Made by a program: the position numbers and the translations under genes
Shown here: positions 10,089 through 18,576 of the stretch, piece by piece
How the letters are laid out: each line of letters opens with the position of its first letter
Numbering within the stretch: position 1 is the first letter of the stretch
Notes under the pieces: model-generated
Told to the model about the DNA's origin: nothing
The model's database searches: none
What the model saw: only the letters and a program-made list of their open reading frames with translations
IMG/VR virus record: IMGVR_UViG_3300021420_000014
Length of the DNA stretch: 64,000 bases
Source of the DNA: a virus
Reading direction: 5' to 3' (one strand)

Positions 10089-10983
10089 AGGACATGTTTC
10101 CAACTTCGCCTGTGAACTATACCCCAAATTGTTGCAATATGGACCTTAAAGCTTCGCGCGATATCTGCCAGTCTTTCCGTTCGTGCTCTCCATCTTATCT
10201 CTCTAACTTGATCCTCATTAAGTATAGAATTTTTGTTTTGCGAGCCTGGGAAGGATTTATTTCTTCCTTTTGCCATCATGTCATCAGCATTCTCTTTATG
10301 GTTGCCAAGGAAAAGATGCGAAAGACGTACACATGGCGGATTGTCACACTTGTGCAGAACGCTAATGTCTCCGGATCTTCTCCTGTTTGTATAAGCCACG
10401 CCACTCTATTAACTCTACTGATTCTGCCGTCGATGCTCATATGCCCATAGCCTTGGCGCTGACGGTATCCAGTCCAAATCCAGCATGGCCCCAATTCAGG
10501 GCAATCTTCTGGCATAGGTCCCTTTTTGTTAACCTTAGCCCAAAAGCGTTCTTCCAACGTCGGAGGTGGTTTGCGTTCTTGCGTCCGGATACGTCTAATC
10601 CAATAATCTATCCCACTTGGATGGTAAGATCTATTTCTGGCGATCATTTCAGCGATATTCTCCGCTTGAGTACCCACCCTCAGATGATCTGGATTGGGAC
10701 AGCCCATGTTGTCGCAATGATGGAGCACACAATAACCGTCAGGTACCGGCCCATTGTGCAATTCCCAAGAGACCTTGTGCGCATGCTGAGTCCCCTTGCT
10801 CGTACCAATTTGGCCGCGGCCATCCTCTTTTTTATAACCAAGCCAAATCCAGCATGGGCCAAGTTCTGGGCAATGCTTTGGAACCTGGCCGTTCTTATCT
10901 ATCTTTTGCCAGAATCTTTCGGCAAGAGTGGAATCAAGGCACTGGTTCTTGACGTGTTTGGCAGTAGAATCGAGAGAAAGCAT
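10085..10983 (-). pseudogene. tandem double-HNH endonuclease with frameshift in second domain
   Basis: ORF 10983-10276 has complete HNH1 and start of HNH2 (..TGEDP); continuation (GDISVLHKCDNPPCV..) is in ORF 10399-10085; one base missing near 10370. Confidence 0.75.
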
Positions 10984-11054
10984 CGCGCCTCCTTAGTAGG
11001 CGTGGTGTTCAGCGCGGGGGCGTTTACGCGTCCTCGCGCTTTCGCATTCTAACA
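10981..11054. promoter_or_regulatory. extended -10 promoter (TGTTAGAAT, - strand) plus two-hairpin element of HNH gene 2
   Basis: Homologous layout to 6118-6188. Confidence 0.7.
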
Positions 11055-11251
11055 TGGCTGTCGAACGTCAGATTCTGACGGTTGTTTCAAAAGACGGCAA
11101 CGTTTTGCAATTAGAAACCGAAGCTGGTGAGAAATGGTCGCTCGATTTAGATACGGCGGTTGAATTCGAAGTTGGCGATCAGTTTACGTGGGATGGCACA
11201 ACATTACACATCCTACAGGCAAAAAGAGTCAAAGAGGATTTTGTTAACTGA
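11054..11251 (+). CDS. small hypothetical protein
   Basis: 65-aa ORF, beta-strand pattern. Confidence 0.45.
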   Translation: MAVERQILTVVSKDGNVLQLETEAGEKWSLDLDTAVEFEVGDQFTWDGTTLHILQAKRVKEDFVN

Positions 11252-11289
11252 CATGATCCGTGGCGCGATAAGGAATGGGAGGTTCTGAC

Positions 11290-11658
11290 GTGAAGAGAAT
11301 CGCACTTTGCCTGCTGTGTGTGCTCGCGTTCTTCATTGGACGAGGTTATTCACAGACCGTTTACACTACCGTGACAATCGCCAATGGTACTGCAGCTCTT
11401 GGAACCGGTGCCATTAACTCCGGAACGTGCGCCAGTGTGGTCACCATCTCAGCACCGGGCACACTGAGTACCGACAACATCATTGCTGATTTCAATACCG
11501 ATCCGACCGGAGTTACCGGCTATAGCCCCACATCAGGAGGTATTCTAACGATCATCAAGTATCCAGGTCTGAATACTGTCTCGTTCAAGGTATGTAACAG
11601 CACCACTTTGCCAATTACACCGGGGCCCATAACCTTGAACTGGAGGGTGCCACGTTGA
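11290..11658 (+). CDS. signal-peptide protein with Thr/Gly-rich beta domain
   Basis: GGAGG SD + GTG; MKRIALCLLCVLAFFIGRGYS-Q Sec-type leader. Confidence 0.7.
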   Translation: MKRIALCLLCVLAFFIGRGYSQTVYTTVTIANGTAALGTGAINSGTCASVVTISAPGTLSTDNIIADFNTDPTGVTGYSPTSGGILTIIKYPGLNTVSFKVCNSTTLPITPGPITLNWRVPR

Positions 11659-13886
11659 AGCTCTTCGTTATAGCTGCGGCCATCTTGCTTTTAGCCATTC
11701 CGGCGCACGCGCAACTCTGGTCTGGAGTCATCTCCGCAGGCCGCGCTATAGATTGGTCATCTGCTGGCGTCGTCGGTGGAATTCCAGACGCAGCTTGGAC
11801 TCAATGCGGTTCAACCATCGCGGCCTACGGGACGGTGGGCACTCCTGGTGCTCCAACTACGATCAACAGCGCCATCGCAGCTTGTGGCGTAAACCAATAC
11901 GTGCTGCTAGGGATTGGCACCTTCGTTCTAAATGCCAAGATAGATTTTGCTTCAAAGTCGAATGTTGTCCTGCGCGGTGCCGGAGCAGACCAGACAATTA
12001 TTAAGTTTACAGCAGGACCGGGGACCGGATGTTTTGGGCTCGGCGGTGCTGTTTGTATTACAGGCCAAGATAATTTTGACATTCGGGATAACGTTCAAAA
12101 CTCTGCGAACTGGACGGCTGGATACGCCCAAGGTGCAACATCGATCACTTTGAGCAATACCACAAACTTGCAAATCGGTGCTCTTTTAGTGCTTTGGCAA
12201 GCAGATCAGGCAACCGATCCGGGCACGATTTGGAATTGTCAGAATACTGGAGCGTTAGGAGATTGTTCGGAGCAAGGAGGCCAAAACGGTCCTTCTGGCA
12301 ACAGTCAAACGCAAACTGTCACTGTAACTTCTATCCCCGGAGGAGGCGCAGGAGGCGCAGTTGGCATTTCTCCTGGTCTGTATTCGCCGATCTGGTCGGG
12401 AACTTTCTCGCCTGCGGCAGGCTGGAATACCCATCTGCCAGTTCAGAACGATGGCGTTGAAAACCTTACGCTTGATGGTTCTCTCACGACTGATAGCCCA
12501 GGTAGTGCGGGGTCATTCATCTTTTTTGGTTGGGCTAAAAACTGCTGGGTAACAGGCGTTCGCACGATCAACAATGGCTCACCGCCGGACAGAAATAATA
12601 TCTGGAGCTATTTGTCGTCGCATTTGACGATCCAGAATAACTATTCTTACGGGTCGAACGGTTCTAATCTGAGTTATGGGCACGAAGTATCTTTCATGTC
12701 TGACGACATTCTGGACGCAAACAATATATTTCAACACGTTGCCGGTGCTGAAATAATGAATGGCGGAGCGGGAAACGTCTTTGCGTACAACTTCTCGGTG
12801 GACAATTACTACACTGCGGGCGGCACGGCCCCCAATTTCGAGCAATCAGATTCCTACCCTTCTCACCAAGACGGTTCCTATTTCAATCTGTTTGAAGGCA
12901 ATGTTGGAGCAAAAATTGCTTCCGACGATATTCACGGCACGAGTTGGATGGTAACTGCATTTCGGAACCGCTGGACCGGGAGGGACGGTCCATTCAAGGT
13001 CGCGAGCACGATGGTCGCGGACATTGAAGCCTATTCACGCTATTACAACCTGATTGGTAATGTGATGGGTGAGTCCGGCTACCATACGACGTACAAAGAC
13101 ATCCCCTCTTCGAATGTCGATAATACTGGCTGCACGACTACAGGGAATGTCTCGATCTATGCACTAGGATGGGCGGGCGGACAGGCTTGCAACTACAGCA
13201 TTGTTTACAACGACACCAATGTCGCTCCTTTCTCTTATTTTTGGGGCAATTACGATGTCGTTACCGCAGCAGTCAGGTGGTGCGGGAATTCTGGCGATCC
13301 AGGCTGGTCGACGACGTGTAGCAGCACTTCGGAAGTCCCGACTGGTTTGGGCTCTTATGCTCAGACCGTTCCGTCCAGTACTGCGCTTCCTACATCGTTT
13401 TATTATTCGTCCAAGCCCTCGTGGTACAACGACGGAATCGGACACTCCGCACTTCACTATCCTGCGATTGGCCCCGATCTTTCTGGTGGCCCTGATCCGG
13501 GCGGCTTCGGCTATGCGATCCCCGCGCAGTTGTGTTTCAACAATACAAGCTACGATACAAATTATTCCGTTTCGGATTCCATAACCTCAATCAGTGAGGC
13601 GGGAACCACGGCGACCGCTACGCTTAGTTCAAGTGCGCCGGCGAGCTTCACGCAATATCAATCGTTTTGGATCACGGGCTCTTCGGTCGCTGGCTACAAC
13701 CGTCTCTGGCAGATAGCGACGGTAGCAGGAACCACGCTGACGTTCACTGCGACTTCCGGCCTAGGGTCGGCCACAGGAGGAAGCGCCGCGGTAAATGCAG
13801 TTCATTCTTTCAACGCCAACACCTGCTATAGCGGTGCTCTACCTGCACCTCCTACGCAAGTATCGGCAATCACGATTGGACCTTAA
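11655..13886 (+). CDS. secreted pectate-lyase-like right-handed beta-helix protein (depolymerase/adhesin-like)
   Basis: Signal peptide ending AHA-Q; TINSAIAAC, VVLRGAGADQT, GVENLTLD, NLFEGN beta-helix signatures. Confidence 0.75.
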   Translation: MKLFVIAAAILLLAIPAHAQLWSGVISAGRAIDWSSAGVVGGIPDAAWTQCGSTIAAYGTVGTPGAPTTINSAIAACGVNQYVLLGIGTFVLNAKIDFASKSNVVLRGAGADQTIIKFTAGPGTGCFGLGGAVCITGQDNFDIRDNVQNSANWTAGYAQGATSITLSNTTNLQIGALLVLWQADQATDPGTIWNCQNTGALGDCSEQGGQNGPSGNSQTQTVTVTSIPGGGAGGAVGISPGLYSPIWSGTFSPAAGWNTHLPVQNDGVENLTLDGSLTTDSPGSAGSFIFFGWAKNCWVTGVRTINNGSPPDRNNIWSYLSSHLTIQNNYSYGSNGSNLSYGHEVSFMSDDILDANNIFQHVAGAEIMNGGAGNVFAYNFSVDNYYTAGGTAPNFEQSDSYPSHQDGSYFNLFEGNVGAKIASDDIHGTSWMVTAFRNRWTGRDGPFKVASTMVADIEAYSRYYNLIGNVMGESGYHTTYKDIPSSNVDNTGCTTTGNVSIYALGWAGGQACNYSIVYNDTNVAPFSYFWGNYDVVTAAVRWCGNSGDPGWSTTCSSTSEVPTGLGSYAQTVPSSTALPTSFYYSSKPSWYNDGIGHSALHYPAIGPDLSGGPDPGGFGYAIPAQLCFNNTSYDTNYSVSDSITSISEAGTTATATLSSSAPASFTQYQSFWITGSSVAGYNRLWQIATVAGTTLTFTATSGLGSATGGSAAVNAVHSFNANTCYSGALPAPPTQVSAITIGP

Positions 13887-13907
13887 TGCACGCTGATGGA
13901 CTAACTA

Positions 13908-14906
13908 ATGTTCAATCTCAGAGATTCATCGGGCTACCTATGGTCAGTAAACGTTCTCGACAACGGCGATTTGACACAAACCAAGGGCTCTCTAGGCTCT
14001 ACGCCAAACGTCTACTTGAACGATCCAACAAATTCCGCATCGTTTCAGATCGGCATCACAATAGTCGGAGGGTTGACCCAGACTTCGGTAACTTTCAATG
14101 CTTTGTATCCAGAATCAATTACTCTGATTTCTCCATCCGGCCTGACGTATGGTTTGTTCATTACGCTGGCTGGCGATTTATTTACAGTTGCTTTCGTGGG
14201 GTTTCCTGTGGCCTTTCCCGTTTATCCGACAATTCGCGGTAAAGCTTGGCCGGTGACTCGTACACAGATGTGGGAGAACCAGGTTCAACGGATGAGCTCT
14301 GGAGCTGAAGTGAGAATTGCTTACTGGGCAAATCCGCTGAAGAGCTGGGAGATTCGCTACGGCGGCGGGGCTAACGACGCTGGCTATATTAAAGATAATC
14401 CAGGCGACATCATGATTGGCGCGACTGAAACGGATATGCGTGTGATCGAAGGTTTCTATAATCAGATGCAAGGCCGCTTTGGTGTTTTCCTTTTTGATGA
14501 TGTGACTCCAGGTTATGCGCAAGGCCAAGGTCCATGGGATTCGGTCGGGATCGTTGGCATGGGTGGCAATCCACCTGTTCAGCAATCGATAGGTACTGGC
14601 GATGGTTCGACGACGACATTTCAGTTGGTCCGTACGATAGGCGGATTCACCGAGGCGATTCAAACTCCATTCACGACGCCGGCACCCAATATTTATTTGA
14701 ATGCTGTCCTGCAGGTTTCTGGCTACTCAATCAATCAAATCGGCCAGTTAATTTTTACCAGCCCTCCTGGCAGTGGTGTGGCGATAACTGGAACTTATGG
14801 CTATTACTGGCCGTGCCGATTTTCAGATGATTCGATTCCATTTGACAATAATTTGCTTTATCTCTGGGCAGCTAAGTCAATCAAAATCGAACAATGCCGT
14901 CTCTAA
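13908..14906 (+). CDS. DUF2460-type distal tail protein with N-terminal extension
   Basis: IGTGDGSTTTFQLVRT and YYWPCRFSDD motifs; three N-terminal LxSPxG-type repeats. Confidence 0.8.
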   Translation: MFNLRDSSGYLWSVNVLDNGDLTQTKGSLGSTPNVYLNDPTNSASFQIGITIVGGLTQTSVTFNALYPESITLISPSGLTYGLFITLAGDLFTVAFVGFPVAFPVYPTIRGKAWPVTRTQMWENQVQRMSSGAEVRIAYWANPLKSWEIRYGGGANDAGYIKDNPGDIMIGATETDMRVIEGFYNQMQGRFGVFLFDDVTPGYAQGQGPWDSVGIVGMGGNPPVQQSIGTGDGSTTTFQLVRTIGGFTEAIQTPFTTPAPNIYLNAVLQVSGYSINQIGQLIFTSPPGSGVAITGTYGYYWPCRFSDDSIPFDNNLLYLWAAKSIKIEQCRL

Positions 14907-14975
14907 AATATGTTTCCACGTCTTCGGGGTGTTCACGCGTTCTGGCCGCTTCCAATTTTACGTCGGGGGTGGCCA

Positions 14976-15869
14976 ATTAAACCAGCGTCCTCGGCTTTCA
15001 AGAACTTGCTTTTTCAAGACTACAGTTACTGGGTCGGCAATCTGTTCACGATTACGCTCTTCGATGGCACGATCTTCACGTGGACAGACTTCGAATATGA
15101 TGTCGTACTCTCCGGCACGCGCTTTTCTTCCCGCGGCCCCTACCCGTTATGGTCTGGCTTCACACAAAAGATCGGCGTAGAAGTAGATGAAGGTAAGCTC
15201 CAGCTTTGGGCACTTCTTACTAACCTCGTTGAGAGCCAGGCCGTCCTCCAAGCGATCGGCACCGGCTTGTTTGATAACGCGGACATCGTGATTCAACGCG
15301 TGATGATGGGAAGCACTGGAGCTCAACCGGCACGGCCGATCAACTTCGATACTTCAGCGGGCGCAGTTACGCTCTTCCATGGCAATGTGTCAGACATCAC
15401 AGAGGTTGATCGAAGTCACGCTGAAATAGACATCAAAAGCAAGAAGGAATTGCTCAATCGACCGTTCCCGGCTCACGTCTATCAGCCGGCGTGCCGTTGG
15501 GATCTTTATGGAGCAGGTTGTACGCTGAACATTAACAATTTCTACATCAATGGCAGCATAGTCGGAAGTGGCTCTCTTAATCTGCTTTTCAATACAACGA
15601 TGACTAATATCGACCACTACTTTGATGAAGGCTTAATCACTTTTACCAGCGGAGCGAATGTTGGTGTTACCAGGACCGTGCGCCTATATCTGAATGCCAG
15701 CGGCCAGACTCTTCTTTTTGTGCCGCTACCTGCGGCTCCCGCTAATGGAGACCAGTTCAAAATGGCACCTGGGTGCGATAAGCAATTGGCTACCTGCCGC
15801 GATAAATTTAACAACTTAATTAACCTGGGTTCGATGCCCTTCGTACCGGTCGCAGAAAGTGCTATCTAG
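14976..15869 (+). CDS. DUF2163/BR0599-type tail hub protein (proposed ATT start; ORF-track start 14910)
   Basis: CRWDLYGAGC and GCDKQLATCRDKFNNLINLG Cys motifs; GGGGG SD 6 nt before ATT-AAA-CCA. Confidence 0.8.
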   Translation: MKPASSAFKNLLFQDYSYWVGNLFTITLFDGTIFTWTDFEYDVVLSGTRFSSRGPYPLWSGFTQKIGVEVDEGKLQLWALLTNLVESQAVLQAIGTGLFDNADIVIQRVMMGSTGAQPARPINFDTSAGAVTLFHGNVSDITEVDRSHAEIDIKSKKELLNRPFPAHVYQPACRWDLYGAGCTLNINNFYINGSIVGSGSLNLLFNTTMTNIDHYFDEGLITFTSGANVGVTRTVRLYLNASGQTLLFVPLPAAPANGDQFKMAPGCDKQLATCRDKFNNLINLGSMPFVPVAESAI

Positions 15870-16857
15870 GTTATACTTATGGTATGCATACAAAGGACGC
15901 TGGTTCATATACGCACTCTCCATCAACAAACGTGTCATTTACATTGGTCGGACGAAACATCCGTCTCTGCGACTGGCACAGCATCGCAAGCGCTTCGGCA
16001 TCAAGGTCCAAATGCGTATTTTGGAACAAGGAATGCGCGGAGGAGCAAAGGAAGCCGAACTGAAATGGTTGAAACGCTACCTCAAAAAGACTCGACTCAA
16101 GAACCTTATGATAACTGCTGGCGGCGCGTTTGTGTCGTCACCGGCAACGTTACGCAAATTACGGCGTGCTACGAGGCAGCTGTGGAAAGACATGCAATAT
16201 CGGGCAAAACAAAACGCAGCCCTTCTTGCTGCCGTTCGAGCACCGGAATATCGGAAGCGGCGCAGCAAAATGTCGAAGGCGATGTGGCGAAACCCTCGTT
16301 ATGCAGCAAAGATGCGACCATATATCGTTGCCGCAGGCAAACGACCGCGCAGCAAGAAGTACCGCCAGTACATGAGCGAAACGCTCAAAGCTCGCGGCAA
16401 GCCAAAGTGGAGCAAGGCTGGCGAGAAGCGCGTGCGGGCTACGCAGTTCCAGAAAGGCCGCAAGAATACACCAGAAGAATCACGCAAGCAGTCAGCAGCA
16501 TTGCGGCGTCGTTGGAAGAAGGTTCCGAAAGCCAAGCGATCCCAAATGCTCACGGAGTTAAACCTAAAAGTTTGGCGGAAGCGCAGCAAGAGCAAGCGAT
16601 GTCAGATCGGCCGCAATATCAGCAAAGCACTTCGCGCTTTGCCGGAACGAACGAAAAAGCGCATAGGACGTGTTGGATACAAAGCGGCCCTGAAAAAAGA
16701 TCCAAACTTCCACAAAAAAGCACGTGCAGGAGTCAAAGCCTTTTGGGCATCAATGACCCCGAGCGCTCGCAGTGCGCTCATGCTGAAACGAATGGCGAAA
16801 GCTGTGAGGAAGCGGCATGAGCGAAAAACTAAAAGAGAAGTTCCAAAGCCTACCTGA
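15859..16857 (+). CDS. GIY-YIG homing endonuclease with long basic DNA-binding tail
   Basis: FIYALS..IYIGRT..RLAQH..E motif; start codon uncertain. Confidence 0.75.
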   Translation: MLSRLYLWYAYKGRWFIYALSINKRVIYIGRTKHPSLRLAQHRKRFGIKVQMRILEQGMRGGAKEAELKWLKRYLKKTRLKNLMITAGGAFVSSPATLRKLRRATRQLWKDMQYRAKQNAALLAAVRAPEYRKRRSKMSKAMWRNPRYAAKMRPYIVAAGKRPRSKKYRQYMSETLKARGKPKWSKAGEKRVRATQFQKGRKNTPEESRKQSAALRRRWKKVPKAKRSQMLTELNLKVWRKRSKSKRCQIGRNISKALRALPERTKKRIGRVGYKAALKKDPNFHKKARAGVKAFWASMTPSARSALMLKRMAKAVRKRHERKTKREVPKPT

Positions 16858-17350
16858 TTTTTATCATCCACCATTTATTCCTGGCGAAGAATCCACTAAA
16901 CGTGCTGCTGTCATTGCCGAAGCCAGGACTTGGCTTTCGACACCGTTCCATCCAAACGCGTGCGTGAAGGGCCATGGCGTAGACTGTGGCCGCTTTCTGA
17001 TAGCCGTATATTCATCTGTCGGTCTTATGCCAGAATACGAACCTGGATATTGGAGCCCGCAATTCCATCTTCACTCTGGCGAGCCTAGCTATATGGCCGA
17101 AATGCTGAAGTTTGCGCATGAGATTCAAGTGCCGCCGGAACCAGCCGACATCGTGATGATTCATCTCGGACGTCAATACGCTCATAGTGGCATCGTCATA
17201 GAGTGGCCGAATCAAGTGATTCATGCGCCAGCCGCAGATATGCAAGGGGTAGTGCAAATTAGCGATGCCAGCAAAGACGCCTTATTTCTGCATGGCGGTA
17301 TGAGATTCCCTCCAAAATTCTTCTCGCCATTCAACCGGGAGACGCAATGA
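16817..17350 (+). CDS. NlpC/P60 tail-associated peptidase
   Basis: EARTWLSTPFH..GVDCG..HSGI..VIHA catalytic pattern; position after DUF2163 gene. Confidence 0.85.
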   Translation: MSEKLKEKFQSLPDFYHPPFIPGEESTKRAAVIAEARTWLSTPFHPNACVKGHGVDCGRFLIAVYSSVGLMPEYEPGYWSPQFHLHSGEPSYMAEMLKFAHEIQVPPEPADIVMIHLGRQYAHSGIVIEWPNQVIHAPAADMQGVVQISDASKDALFLHGGMRFPPKFFSPFNRETQ

Positions 17351-17979
17351 AAAAACTAGCACCAATTATTATAGTGTGCGTCGGATTGCTTGCTGGTTTA
17401 TTCGTCGGAATACCTAGGTTAAGAGTAGCGGCACAGAACACATTTGCGGCGCTTAATCTGGCGCAGAATTTTACTGCATTGCAACAATTCAGTGCTGGCA
17501 TCAGCGCAGACGGCACACATGTGGAGACAATTCCAGCCGTTACTGGCGGAACTCTAGCCGTGCTTCCTACATCATCTTTGGTTCCTGGTCTAACAGCTCC
17601 AAACATCGTAGCGGATGTTAACCTCACCGCTCAAACAGGCAATATCGGTACGCTCCTTTATGCTGTGCCAGTTGGCGGAACGGGGCAATATTACGTAACC
17701 TGTTACGTGGTACTCACACAAGCTGCAACTAGCTCATCCACTATGCCTGCCTGTAGTCTATCGTGGAATGAAGGGGATACTAATGTCTCTGCAAACCTAA
17801 CGTTTTTTTCAGGGGGTAGTGCCTCTAATACCGTAGGTGCTAACGAGACAGCATTTCCGAATGTCATCAGTGCGCGTGCAAGCACAAACATATTTTACAG
17901 CACGACAGGATATGGAAGTGTTGGTGCGACTCCGATGCAATATGCGATCCACCTTCGGCTTATCTATCTCGGTACGTGA
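17347..17979 (+). CDS. signal-peptide protein with fibre-like beta-sandwich domain
   Basis: MKKLAPIIIVCVGLLAGLFVG..VAA-Q; ALNLAQNFTALQQFS fibre-type motif. Confidence 0.6.
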   Translation: MKKLAPIIIVCVGLLAGLFVGIPRLRVAAQNTFAALNLAQNFTALQQFSAGISADGTHVETIPAVTGGTLAVLPTSSLVPGLTAPNIVADVNLTAQTGNIGTLLYAVPVGGTGQYYVTCYVVLTQAATSSSTMPACSLSWNEGDTNVSANLTFFSGGSASNTVGANETAFPNVISARASTNIFYSTTGYGSVGATPMQYAIHLRLIYLGT

Positions 17980-17992
17980 CCGCCACTGCGGT

Positions 17993-18490
17993 TTAAATAT
18001 GCTTCCAGCGTTTGCGAGTAACGATCAGTTGGACGCACTGCTGAATCACGCCAAATTTGTCGGCGATGGCCTGTTGTGTCATGCCATTGGCGGCGAGAGC
18101 GCGGATCTCCAACACTTCCTTTTCGCTAAGCTTGCTATTGGGCTGGTCTTCACCACGAAGCATATTCGCTCGGCCTTTAGCAAACTTATCCCGCATGTTA
18201 TCGAGTTGAGTGCCTTCAAAAAGATGGGATGGTCGTACGCATTTGCGATTATCGCATTTATGCAGGATGCGCTTCCCTTCTGGTATTGGCCCAACGAACA
18301 ACCTCCAAGAGACGCGGTGGGCCATCTCGCGTTCTGTGCTGCTGATCCAGATGCAGCCATAACCGAAACCTCGAAGCTCGCCGGTCCATTCCCAACACGG
18401 TCCGAGCTCAGGGCAATGTGGTTGGGTTGGGCCGTTTTTATTGACGTGGGACCAAAAGATTTCTTCCGTGGTACGCTTGCGCCTAGGCAT
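17993..18490 (-). CDS. HNH homing endonuclease with C-terminal HTH
   Basis: CWEWTG, AHRVSW, LHKCDNRKCVRPSHLFEGTQLDN; paralog of 5626-6120. Confidence 0.9.
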   Translation of the reverse strand: MPRRKRTTEEIFWSHVNKNGPTQPHCPELGPCWEWTGELRGFGYGCIWISSTEREMAHRVSWRLFVGPIPEGKRILHKCDNRKCVRPSHLFEGTQLDNMRDKFAKGRANMLRGEDQPNSKLSEKEVLEIRALAANGMTQQAIADKFGVIQQCVQLIVTRKRWKHI

Positions 18491-18563
18491 CGATTCCTCC
18501 CAATTAGGATCGGTGTTAGAACCGCAGGAGATTCACAGTCTCTTGCGGTTCGTCATTTTAACA
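18488..18563. promoter_or_regulatory. extended -10 promoter (TGTTAAAAT, - strand) plus two-hairpin element of HNH gene 3
   Basis: Homologous layout to 6118-6188 and 10981-11054. Confidence 0.7.
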
Positions 18564-18576
18564 CTTGCGGTGCCAT

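Noticed and set aside
10387-11052. Plus-strand ORFs over the HNH genes (also 10094-10450 and 17837-18580)
   Set aside because: Antisense shadows of clear HNH coding sequences.
15879-16820. 313-aa ORF overlapping the GIY-YIG gene in another + frame
   Set aside because: No motifs, and it is plausibly a by-product of the Arg/Lys/Ala codon bias. Its ATG could be the true start if a 2-nt slip occurred near 15905, but this cannot be shown from the sequence.
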